A stretch of DNA of 18,100 nucleotides from an uncultured Eubacteriales bacterium. Lineage in GTDB: Bacteria; Bacillota; Clostridia; TANB77; SIG350. Of the stretch, positions 1 through 8,812 are shown one piece after another (within the stretch, counting starts at the first letter, position 1; each line of letters opens with the position of its first letter). The position numbers were made by a program, and so were the translations under genes. Where the stretch lies: positions 1 to 18,100 of the forward strand of contig CAZFOR010000023.1 of NCBI GenBank assembly GCA_964520895.1. The letters are read 5' to 3'. The notes below the pieces were generated by a model. It was not told the origin of the DNA. It made no database searches and saw nothing but the letters and a program-made list of their open reading frames with translations.

Positions 1-100
1 TTAAAATCCCGCTTATGTTTAACTTTTTTTGGGACATTTTCCAAAAATATTGACATACCCTTTATAACTTTCTTGTATTTTTTACCATTTTTCTTTTTTA

Positions 101-1018
101 TTAATTAATTATAAGTTCCATTAGCTCCTGTGCAGAAGTCTGTCTAAGTATAGTATATCTTTTCATTAAATATAGCGTCTCAGGTATCTGTTTTGCTAAT
201 ATATTAGACCCTTTATCAGTTGTCAGTGTAACTTTAACACCCAAAGATTTCAACGTCTTTTCACTTATTTCATTATATACTCCATTTGGATATGAAACAA
301 CAATAATATCTTGTTTCAAATTGTTTTTAAAACATTCCTTCATTTTTTTAAAATCTTTTATAATATAATTTGCATATTCTTCATCTGTTTCATTATCAAA
401 CCTAGAAAAATTTTGCCTAGCATATTCAGTATTTTCATATTTAGCATTTTGATGCATATCATATGTATGACTTTGTATAAATATTAATCCCGAATCAATC
501 ATTTCTTTTGCTTTTTCATAAGAAAAATGAGGAATAATTTTATATTCAGTGTCTTTATATTTATCTGTTCCCATAGATGACCCTATTATAAATATAGTAG
601 CTTTCATATTATATTTTTTTAATATAGGATATGCCAATTCATAATTACTTAAATATCCATCATCAAATGTAATACATATTGGCTTTTCTGGTAATTCTTT
701 TTCATTATAAACATAGTCAATCATTTCATCAAATGATACCCCTGTATATCCACTATCATATAATTCTTTTATTTGCTGTTCAAATAGTTGTGTTGAAATA
801 GAATAATCACTTAGACTGTTATCATCAATATCATGATACATTAGTATCGGAACTTTTTTCTGTGACATTAAGTTATTCAAATATATATTTTCTTCATTTT
901 TTTCTTTTATATTATAACTATTTTCATTTGAATTAATAAAATAATTTGTTAATATAACTACGATACTTATTATAGTAACTGAAATAAGTATCAGTAATAG
1001 ATTTTTATTTGAACTCAT
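101..1018 (-). CDS. membrane-anchored polysaccharide deacetylase (NodB / CE4 domain)
   Basis: ORF 101..1084. The preferred start is the ATG at 1018 (MSSNKNLLLILISV...), preceded by SD GGAGGAAG (plus-strand cttcctcc, 1021-1028). An N-terminal TM helix is followed by NodB-type motifs ITFDDGY, SHTYDMH and VSYPNG. Confidence 0.85.
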   Translation of the reverse strand: MSSNKNLLLILISVTIISIVVILTNYFINSNENSYNIKEKNEENIYLNNLMSQKKVPILMYHDIDDNSLSDYSISTQLFEQQIKELYDSGYTGVSFDEMIDYVYNEKELPEKPICITFDDGYLSNYELAYPILKKYNMKATIFIIGSSMGTDKYKDTEYKIIPHFSYEKAKEMIDSGLIFIQSHTYDMHQNAKYENTEYARQNFSRFDNETDEEYANYIIKDFKKMKECFKNNLKQDIIVVSYPNGVYNEISEKTLKSLGVKVTLTTDKGSNILAKQIPETLYLMKRYTILRQTSAQELMELIIN

Positions 1019-1061
1019 ATCTTCCTCCAATGTATGCACATACATAAAATAGTATAATAAA

Positions 1062-2777
1062 TTACATTTTATCTGGGCAATCAATACCTAATAGTCTCAT
1101 ACCATTTTTTATAACATCACCAACTTGTTTAGTTAGTAATATTCTTGCTTTTTTAATATTTTCATCATCACACATAATTGTATATTTGGCATAATATGTG
1201 CTAAATGCTTGTGCTAAATCTATTATGTATCTAGATAAAATTGAAGGCTCATTTTTTAGCATTGCATTTTCTATTGTATTTGAGAAGTTACCTAATATTT
1301 TAACAATATTTATTTCTTCATCTTCTAATATTAGACTAAAATCTATTTGTGATATATCATTGATATCAATATTTGCTTTTTCTAATATACTTCTTGTTCT
1401 TACATACATAAATTGGATATATGGCCCTGTTTCTCCATTAAAATTAAGAATTGTATCCCAATCAAATATTTCATCTTTAATTCTAGATGATGATAAATCA
1501 TTAAATATTATTGCACCTACACCTACTTTTTTCGCTATTTCATCTTTATTTTCTAAATTAGGGTTTTTATCATTAATTATTTCCCTAGACTTATTTATTG
1601 CTTCATTTATAATATCTTCTAATGAAACTGAATTGCCTTTTCTTGATCCAATTTTTTCTCCATTTTTGTCAACTACTAATCCAAATGAAACATGCTCTGT
1701 TTTGTCAACATACTCTTTATACCCCATTAATTCCATAACTTTAAATATTTGCTTAAAATGTAATTGTTGTTCACCGCCAACTACATAAACCATTTTATCA
1801 AAATTATATTCTTTCATTCTGTATTTAAATGCTGCTAAGTCTCTTGTTGCATATATTGTGGTACCAGCTGATGTTATTATTATACAAGGTGACATATTAT
1901 ACTCATCTAAATCAACTATCTTCGCTCCTTGTGACTCAACTAATAATCCTTTTTCATTTAATTCTTCAACTATTGCATCCATTTTATCATTATAGAAAGC
2001 TTCTCCATTATATGAATCAAATTTTGAATTTAATAAATTATATGTTTTTTCATATTCATTTAAACTTACTTCTTTAATCCATTTCCATGTTTCTACCGCT
2101 TCTTCATCACCTTTTTCAAGTAATATAAACTGCTGTCTTGCAAGATTAGTCAATTCAGGATTTTCTTTTTCCTCTTTACTAAATCTAACATAAACTTTTA
2201 AAATTGAATTTATAGCATCATTTTCAAAATCATATTCAGGGTCATTTTTCCATAAATTTAATCCTGCCATTACTTTTCCAAACTGTATTCCCCAATCACC
2301 TAAATGATTTATTCCTATAACATTATATCCCATAAATTTATATATTTTATACAATGCTCCACCTATAACAGTTGTTCTTAAATGTCCAATATGAAAAGGT
2401 TTTGCAATATTTGGTGATGAATATTCAATAATAGCTGTTTTATTTTCTCCATAATTACTTTTCCCATAATCATCTTTTTTATTGAAAATTTCTGTCATTA
2501 TATCTTTTACAAATATTTGCTTATTTACAAAAAAATTCAAATATCCACCTTCAACTTTTATTTCATTTATTTCTTCATCTACTTCAAACTTTTCTTTTAT
2601 TTCATTTGCAATTACTATTGGTGATTTATGTAACTCTTTTGCCAGTTTAAAACATGGAAATGCATAATCACCCATATCACTATTTGGTGGTACCTCAACA
2701 TATTGCTCAATTTCGTTTTCACTAATATTGGTTATTAATGATATCTTTTTTATAATATTTTCTTTAATTTTAGACAT
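1062..2777 (-). CDS. argS: arginine--tRNA ligase
   Basis: 571 aa with class I HIGH motif (PFHIGHLRTT). The N-terminal Arg-tRNA-binding-like region and C-terminal anticodon-binding region align by eye with bacterial ArgRS. SD AAGGAG lies in the 14-nt gap before the ATG at 2777. Confidence 0.95.
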   Translation of the reverse strand: MSKIKENIIKKISLITNISENEIEQYVEVPPNSDMGDYAFPCFKLAKELHKSPIVIANEIKEKFEVDEEINEIKVEGGYLNFFVNKQIFVKDIMTEIFNKKDDYGKSNYGENKTAIIEYSSPNIAKPFHIGHLRTTVIGGALYKIYKFMGYNVIGINHLGDWGIQFGKVMAGLNLWKNDPEYDFENDAINSILKVYVRFSKEEKENPELTNLARQQFILLEKGDEEAVETWKWIKEVSLNEYEKTYNLLNSKFDSYNGEAFYNDKMDAIVEELNEKGLLVESQGAKIVDLDEYNMSPCIIITSAGTTIYATRDLAAFKYRMKEYNFDKMVYVVGGEQQLHFKQIFKVMELMGYKEYVDKTEHVSFGLVVDKNGEKIGSRKGNSVSLEDIINEAINKSREIINDKNPNLENKDEIAKKVGVGAIIFNDLSSSRIKDEIFDWDTILNFNGETGPYIQFMYVRTRSILEKANIDINDISQIDFSLILEDEEINIVKILGNFSNTIENAMLKNEPSILSRYIIDLAQAFSTYYAKYTIMCDDENIKKARILLTKQVGDVIKNGMRLLGIDCPDKM

Positions 2778-2791
2778 AATTCACTCCTTTT

Positions 2792-5236
2792 CTACTTCTC
2801 CAGTATTTTTTCAATTTGTTTCTTTTTGCTAGAAGTAGTATTTGTTTTTGTTAGTTTTTCTAATGTATTATTTAACATTAATGATGTATCAGTTTTCCTT
2901 AAAACTTGTTTACCATTATTTGAAACATTTTCTTCTAAATCAATATATGTTTCCCTTATAACCTTTTGTTTAGAAACAACTTTACTATTTCTAGAATATG
3001 ATACATCATCATTTCTATATGATTCCAAAGAACTTTCTATTTGTTTTTCTAATAATGGATACACACTATTAAATAATTTATCGTTTTTAACTTTTCTAGT
3101 CTTCTGTTTTTCAATACTGTTTTGTACACTATCAATTACTTCTTTTTTAATGTTATACTTTTCAGATAATTTTTCTTTTGATAACAAAAAATATTCAATA
3201 TTTAATTTTTCGCTACTATTTTTTTCTTTTATAATTAGAGGAATACCTTTTTGTCTAGCTATCATTAAATAAACTTGAAGTTGTGCATTTGGTATATCAA
3301 GTATTTGCGGATATGCTTCAATATAACTATACAAATTATTCTCTATCACTGTATCAATATTTTTCTCAATATTTTGTGTAGGTCTTGCATATAGTATATT
3401 TAATGGCATATCAATATTATTTCTTTCAAATACTTTTTTATTTTTTTCTATGTACTCAGATTTACCTTCAATTAGTAAACTAGGTACTTTTTCTATTTTC
3501 TGTTTTTCAAACCCTATTTTAGTAAGACCTTTATATACTTTTTCAATTTCTTTTTCATCTTCTCTTACTAAAATTTGTGAATTATCAGTAATTATTTTTT
3601 CAGACAAATTATTTTTTTCAAATATTCCAAATATATTTTCTATTTTAACTTTATCACTTTTTATATATATATCTGGATTATCTTGTATAATTTGTTTATA
3701 TTCTTTTGGTTTATGCTGTTTTAAAGTATTTGTTACTTCTCTAATAGTCATAGCACTCGAAAAAGCAATTAAACTAGGTTTATTTTCAATTAACTCTCCA
3801 CCAAATCCTTGATTATTAACTTCTTTTATTACATCTCTTACTTGTTTAGATGATGTTTTATTTAAAACACTAGTATCTTTTTTTAATACATTAATATCTA
3901 CTTTTTCCTCTTTTAATACATTTATAACCTTTTGTACTTCATCAATATTTTTAATTACAGTAATTGATTGCATATTTGATAAGCTTTTTCTATTTACGTA
4001 CTCTGTTTTATCATCATCTAAAAATCTTGACATATTATATACTTTTTCTACAAAAACATATGGTGACACATCTAATACTAGATTTATATCTGGATATGAT
4101 GTAGATAGTTCATTTTTTACTTCAATTAATATTTTAGTATTACCTGATATTAATACTTCTGGGCATGAATAAATTATATATTTGCTCATTTTATTTTGTT
4201 CTAAAACATCAATTATTTTATCTATTTTCTTTTGATTAGATAGTATTAATATACTAGGACAAACAGCTATAATATCCAAACTTAATCCATTTATTTTTAA
4301 TTGATGAATTATATTAGATATTTCATCAATTTTACCTCTTTGCAATATTTCAGGGCAAAATTCTAAAACACTTAGTGGTATATTGTTTTTAATAAGCAAA
4401 TCTATAATTTCACTAACTTGTCTTAAATTTTTTCTTTTTAATATTGCTGGGCATGATAATATTATTGCATTTGGTAACATATTGTTTTTTAGTACATTTA
4501 ACATATATGTTAAATTATCTTCTTTTCCTAACTGTATCATTCCAGAATTATTTTCTTTATTATCATTATCTTCTTCATTTATTTCTTCTTGATTATTTTT
4601 CTCTTTATCTTCATTTTCTTTATTATTATCTGTATCAGTAGTATTACTTATATTATTTACTTCATTATCATTTTTTTCTTTTTCTTTTATATCATCTATT
4701 ATTTGTTTTAATTCTTTTGAAGTTGATTTATATAATATTGCTATATTATTTCTAATTAAAGTTTTATATCCCTTGACTTCTTTTAATACATTTAAGTTAT
4801 CCCTTATAGTTTCATATTTTGCTGCATATAGTATCTTAGCATTTGAAGATGTTCTATCTTCTAATAAATCTATTAACCCTTCCTTTTCAAGTAATGTAAT
4901 TATTTTATCAATTTCTTCTGTATTAGAATTCACATTATTTCCAATTGATATTATTATATTAACATTTACATATGGACTTCTTTTTTTATTCATTTTTTTT
5001 ATGTAATTTAATCTTGATTCAAATTCTTCATCATCATAAATATCTATAACATCTAATAGAGAATTAAACTGATTAATATATCTTATATCTAACCCTATTT
5101 CTCTTAATACTTCTATTAATCTCATTACTCTGTTTATGACTGTGTCGCTTGGCTCATCACCATATCTTTTTTCAAGATATTCAATTACACCAATACTTAC
5201 TTTTAGTTCTCTTCTTAAATATTTATAGAAATCCAT
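2792..5236 (-). CDS. 814-aa helical-repeat protein with mTERF-like 32-residue repeats; function unknown
   Basis: Long uninterrupted ORF with SD AGGAGG before the ATG at 5236. Cys-Pro dipeptides at residues 262, 294, 326 and 358 have exact 32-aa spacing (SCPAIL, FCPEIL, VCPSIL, SCPEVL). More degenerate units extend from about aa 100 to 660. An N/D/E/K low-complexity linker spans aa 184-232. Confidence 0.8.
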   Translation of the reverse strand: MDFYKYLRRELKVSIGVIEYLEKRYGDEPSDTVINRVMRLIEVLREIGLDIRYINQFNSLLDVIDIYDDEEFESRLNYIKKMNKKRSPYVNVNIIISIGNNVNSNTEEIDKIITLLEKEGLIDLLEDRTSSNAKILYAAKYETIRDNLNVLKEVKGYKTLIRNNIAILYKSTSKELKQIIDDIKEKEKNDNEVNNISNTTDTDNNKENEDKEKNNQEEINEEDNDNKENNSGMIQLGKEDNLTYMLNVLKNNMLPNAIILSCPAILKRKNLRQVSEIIDLLIKNNIPLSVLEFCPEILQRGKIDEISNIIHQLKINGLSLDIIAVCPSILILSNQKKIDKIIDVLEQNKMSKYIIYSCPEVLISGNTKILIEVKNELSTSYPDINLVLDVSPYVFVEKVYNMSRFLDDDKTEYVNRKSLSNMQSITVIKNIDEVQKVINVLKEEKVDINVLKKDTSVLNKTSSKQVRDVIKEVNNQGFGGELIENKPSLIAFSSAMTIREVTNTLKQHKPKEYKQIIQDNPDIYIKSDKVKIENIFGIFEKNNLSEKIITDNSQILVREDEKEIEKVYKGLTKIGFEKQKIEKVPSLLIEGKSEYIEKNKKVFERNNIDMPLNILYARPTQNIEKNIDTVIENNLYSYIEAYPQILDIPNAQLQVYLMIARQKGIPLIIKEKNSSEKLNIEYFLLSKEKLSEKYNIKKEVIDSVQNSIEKQKTRKVKNDKLFNSVYPLLEKQIESSLESYRNDDVSYSRNSKVVSKQKVIRETYIDLEENVSNNGKQVLRKTDTSLMLNNTLEKLTKTNTTSSKKKQIEKILEK

Positions 5237-5253
5237 ACGCTACCTCCTTTTTA

Positions 5254-5760
5254 TTATATTATATATTCAAAACCTACTTCTGGATATAATTTTCCATCTA
5301 TATTAGTATCCTTTTCTTTGGATACTCTTCCACCCATTTTTTCATAAAATTTTCTTGATGGAAGATTATCTCTTAAACACCATATTATAATTTTATCTTT
5401 ATTTTCTTTTTTCAAATGATTAACTGCATATGTAAACATTTGTGTTCCTATACCACCATATTTACATTCAGGCTTTACATATATAGCAACTATCTCTCCA
5501 TTATATTCCTTAGAATTATCTGATACTACTTCACCATATCTACAAAATCCTACAATTTCATCATTGGCTTGTGCAACTATAAAGTGGCCTAATTGATAAT
5601 CATTTTTTCTTCTTTCAATATCTTTTTCTCTACTCATATTATCTAAAAATTCATCATCAATAATTCCTTTATATGCTATTTTCCAAGCGTTTATTCTTAT
5701 ATCAACAACTTGCTTTATATCATCATATTGTATGTTTCGTATTAACAATTCTGTTTTCAT
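5254..5760 (-). CDS. GNAT family N-acetyltransferase
   Basis: 168 aa with acetyl-CoA motif A (YVKPECKYGGIGTQMF) and C-terminal FYEKMGG, both typical of GNAT. SD AAGGGGG precedes the ATG at 5760. Confidence 0.85.
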   Translation of the reverse strand: MKTELLIRNIQYDDIKQVVDIRINAWKIAYKGIIDDEFLDNMSREKDIERRKNDYQLGHFIVAQANDEIVGFCRYGEVVSDNSKEYNGEIVAIYVKPECKYGGIGTQMFTYAVNHLKKENKDKIIIWCLRDNLPSRKFYEKMGGRVSKEKDTNIDGKLYPEVGFEYII

Positions 5761-5772
5761 ACAATACCCCCT

Positions 5773-6183
5773 TTATTTTATTAAATCAAGGTTACCATTT
5801 ATAACAATTGGAGAAAAGCCATGTATTTCATCATATAACATTCCTTGTGGAATATCATTATATAAATAGATTTTTTTATTACCCATAGATGCTTCATATA
5901 ATTCTAAAAATGTTGCTCCACCAATATAGTTTTCATTTCCGTTTTTATCAAAATTTAATGCTAAAACAGCATCCATATTATTAATAACTTCTTTAGACCT
6001 TTTATACATTCTAGTTTTAAATTGTGCATGTTCATTTTCACCTAAATCCCAATTTTGTTTTTCTATTAAAGGATTGTCATAGTAATTTGGTAATTCAATT
6101 TGATGTCCTTTTTCCTCCAATTGTTTTTTTATAGGTTCAATTTTGCTATAAAACGATTTACTACAAATAATTAATATTTTCAC
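5773..6183 (-). CDS. small hypothetical protein, possibly nucleoside 2-deoxyribosyltransferase/Rcl-like fold
   Basis: 136 aa. GTG start at 6183 lies 6 nt after SD AAGGAGA, which is embedded in the valS 3' end. The N-terminal strand MKILIICS and the later segment MDAVLALNFD...YIGGATFLELYEA..GNKKIYLY resemble the PF05014-type layout. This is a by-eye assignment only. Confidence 0.55.
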   Translation of the reverse strand: MKILIICSKSFYSKIEPIKKQLEEKGHQIELPNYYDNPLIEKQNWDLGENEHAQFKTRMYKRSKEVINNMDAVLALNFDKNGNENYIGGATFLELYEASMGNKKIYLYNDIPQGMLYDEIHGFSPIVINGNLDLIK

Positions 6184-6184
6184 A

Positions 6185-8812
6185 TTAGTTCTCCTTAATA
6201 TTATTTAATCTTTCTTCAACATTTTTTAACATTTGAATATAGTTTTCTCTTTTTTCTTTTTCTTCATTAATCTTTGCTTCTGGTGCTTTTGATACAAATC
6301 CAGGATTTGATAACATTTTATCTACTCTTTCAATTTCTTTTAAGTATTTATCTTTTTCATTATTTAATCTTTCAATCTCTTCATTGATATCTACTAAATC
6401 ACCTAATGGAATAAATATCTCAATATCTGGTACAGTAATTGATACTGCATTTTTATCAATACCTTGTTTATCCTTTTTAATTTCAAATGTTTCTATATTA
6501 ACTAATTTTTGTAATATTCCTTTTCCATTATTAATAATATCATCTCTATTGTTTGTTACAAATATTGCTGATATTTTTTTAGATGGTGGAACATTCATAT
6601 TAACTTTAACATTTCTAACACTTCTTATTATTTCTTTTGTTAATTCAATATCTTTTTCTTCATTTTCAAAATTAAACTTTTCACTATACTCAGGCCATTT
6701 TGATATCATTATACTTTCTTCTTTTTTGTTAATTTCTAAAAATATCTTTTCAGTTATAAATGGCATAAATGGATGTAATAATTTTAAAGAATTTTCAAGT
6801 ACATATCTTAATGTAAATTCAGCTTCTTTTTTAGTATCACAGTTTTGGTCATATAATCTTGATTTAACCATTTCAATATACCAATCACAGAATTCATACC
6901 ACATAAAATCATATATTTTCTGAAGTCCTATACCCAATTCATAATCATCAATATCTTTTGTAACTTCTGTAATTAATTTATTTAATTTAGATAATATCCA
7001 TTTATCTTCTAAACATAATTTATTTTCATCATAACTATTATCACTATCAATATCTATATTTGATATAACAAATTTTGAAGCATTCCATATTTTATTTGCA
7101 AAATTTTTACTCATATCTAATTTATCCATTGAATATTTAATATCATTAGCAAGTGAAATGTTTAATATAAGTGATAATCTTAATGCATCTGCACCATATT
7201 TTTCTATAACTTCAACAGGATCTATACCATTACCTAAACTTTTAGACATTTTTCTTCCTTGTGCATCTCTAACTAATCCATGCATTAAAACATCTGAGAA
7301 AGGTATTTCTCCCATATGTTCTATTCCTGAAAATATCATTCTAGCAACCCAGAAAAATATAATATCATATGCTGTAACTAATACATTTGTAGGATAAAAG
7401 TATTCTAATTCTTTTGTTTTTTCTGGCCAACCTAATGTTGAAAATGGCCATAATGCTGAGCTAAACCATGTATCTAAAACATCATCATCTTGTTTAAATG
7501 TTGTGCCTCCACATTTAGAACATTTATCTGGCATTTGTTTTGAAACTACTATTTCATTACAATCCTGGCAATAATATGCTGGTATTCTATGTCCCCACCA
7601 TAATTGTCTAGAAATACACCAGTCTCTTATATTTTCCATCCAGTTATAATATGTTTTTTCATGTCTTTGTGGTGTAAATTTTATTTTCCCATTTCTAACA
7701 ACATCTATTGCAGGTTTTGCAAGTCCTTCCATTTTAACAAACCATTGGTTTGAAATTGCAGGTTCAACATTTTTATGACATCTATAACATGTACCTACAT
7801 TATGGTTATATTCTTCTATTTTAATTAATGCACCAGTTTCTTTTAGGTCTTTAACTATTTCTTCTCTTGCTTCATATCTATCTAGTCCTTCATATTTACC
7901 ACCATTTTTGTTTATTTTACCATCATCTGTAAATATTTTTATTATTTCTAAATGATGTTTTTGTCCTATTTCAAAATCATTTGGATCATGTGCAGGTGTT
8001 ATTTTTAATGCACCAGTTCCAAATTCAATATCAACATATTCATCAGCTATAATTGGTATTTCTCTATTTACAAGTGGCAAAATAACTGTTTTACCAATTA
8101 GGTGCTTATATCTGTCATCATTTGGGTTTACTGCTATTGCTGTATCTCCTAACATTGTTTCAGGTCTAGTTGTTGCAATTATTATTTCATCATTACTATC
8201 TTTTGCTTTATACTTTATATGCCAAAAATGTCCTGGTTGGTCTACATATTCAACTTCTGCATCTGATAAAGATGTTTTACATGTCGGACACCAGTTAAGC
8301 ATTCTTTCACCTTTGTATATTAACCCTTTATTATATAAATTTATAAAAACTTGTTCTACTGCATTAGATAATCCATCATCCATTGTAAATCTTTCTTTTG
8401 TCCAATCACAAGAACAACCTAATCTTTTTAACTGACTAATTATTGTTCCACCATATTCCTCTGTCCAGTCCCATGCCATTTTCAAGAATTTTTCTCTACC
8501 TATATCTTCTTTTTTTAATCCTTCTTTTGCTAGTTTTTCAACTAATTTAAGTTCTGTTGCAATACTTGCATGGTCTGTTCCAGGTACCCATAACGCGTTA
8601 TATCCTTGCATTCTTTTTGTTCTAATCAAAATATCTTGTAATGTATTTACAAGTGCGTGACCAATATGTAATTTTGATGTTACATTTGGTGGTGGTATAA
8701 CTATTGTATATGGTGTTTTAGTTTCATCAACCTCTGCCTTAAAATATCCTTTTTCATTCCAATTTTTATATAATTCTTCTTCAAAGTCCAATGGATTATA
8801 TGTTTTTTCCAT
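6185..8812 (-). CDS. valS: valine--tRNA ligase
   Basis: 875 aa with HIGH (KLHIGHALVNT), KMSKS, the CP1 editing region and a C-terminal coiled-coil typical of ValRS. SD AAGGGGG precedes the ATG at 8812. Confidence 0.97.
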   Translation of the reverse strand: MEKTYNPLDFEEELYKNWNEKGYFKAEVDETKTPYTIVIPPPNVTSKLHIGHALVNTLQDILIRTKRMQGYNALWVPGTDHASIATELKLVEKLAKEGLKKEDIGREKFLKMAWDWTEEYGGTIISQLKRLGCSCDWTKERFTMDDGLSNAVEQVFINLYNKGLIYKGERMLNWCPTCKTSLSDAEVEYVDQPGHFWHIKYKAKDSNDEIIIATTRPETMLGDTAIAVNPNDDRYKHLIGKTVILPLVNREIPIIADEYVDIEFGTGALKITPAHDPNDFEIGQKHHLEIIKIFTDDGKINKNGGKYEGLDRYEAREEIVKDLKETGALIKIEEYNHNVGTCYRCHKNVEPAISNQWFVKMEGLAKPAIDVVRNGKIKFTPQRHEKTYYNWMENIRDWCISRQLWWGHRIPAYYCQDCNEIVVSKQMPDKCSKCGGTTFKQDDDVLDTWFSSALWPFSTLGWPEKTKELEYFYPTNVLVTAYDIIFFWVARMIFSGIEHMGEIPFSDVLMHGLVRDAQGRKMSKSLGNGIDPVEVIEKYGADALRLSLILNISLANDIKYSMDKLDMSKNFANKIWNASKFVISNIDIDSDNSYDENKLCLEDKWILSKLNKLITEVTKDIDDYELGIGLQKIYDFMWYEFCDWYIEMVKSRLYDQNCDTKKEAEFTLRYVLENSLKLLHPFMPFITEKIFLEINKKEESIMISKWPEYSEKFNFENEEKDIELTKEIIRSVRNVKVNMNVPPSKKISAIFVTNNRDDIINNGKGILQKLVNIETFEIKKDKQGIDKNAVSITVPDIEIFIPLGDLVDINEEIERLNNEKDKYLKEIERVDKMLSNPGFVSKAPEAKINEEKEKRENYIQMLKNVEERLNNIKEN

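Noticed and set aside
1-56. Possible start of another minus-strand gene (ATG at 56: MSIFLENVPKKVKHKRDF...) running off the left edge
   Set aside because: Only 18 codons are visible, the AAGGG is too close to the ATG to be a good SD, and no family can be recognised.
1019-1084. N-terminal extension of the deacetylase ORF (MIAQIKCNLLYYFMYVHTLEED), which would overlap the argS 3' end
   Set aside because: The internal ATG at 1018 has a strong SD and begins directly at the signal-anchor helix. The extension has no SD and overlaps argS.
1198-5006. Plus-strand ORFs 1198..1788, 1829..2077, 2482..2667, 2826..3272, 3450..3812, 4383..4592, 4444..4641 and 4773..5006
   Set aside because: All lie antisense inside well-supported minus-strand genes (argS, the repeat protein). 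Their translations are F/L/I/S-rich low-complexity strings, as expected from reading an AT-rich gene backwards. None has an SD.
5254-6183. GNAT plus small upstream protein as a TacT/AtaT-type toxin-antitoxin pair
   Set aside because: The small protein (136 aa, flavodoxin-like pattern) does not resemble RHH/DUF1778 antitoxins. The GNAT shows only generic features, and the genes sit in a housekeeping operon. It is kept only as a low-probability remark in the findings.
6384-7397. Plus-strand ORFs 6384..6923 and 7158..7397
   Set aside because: They are antisense to valS, with the same compositional artefact and no SD or motif.
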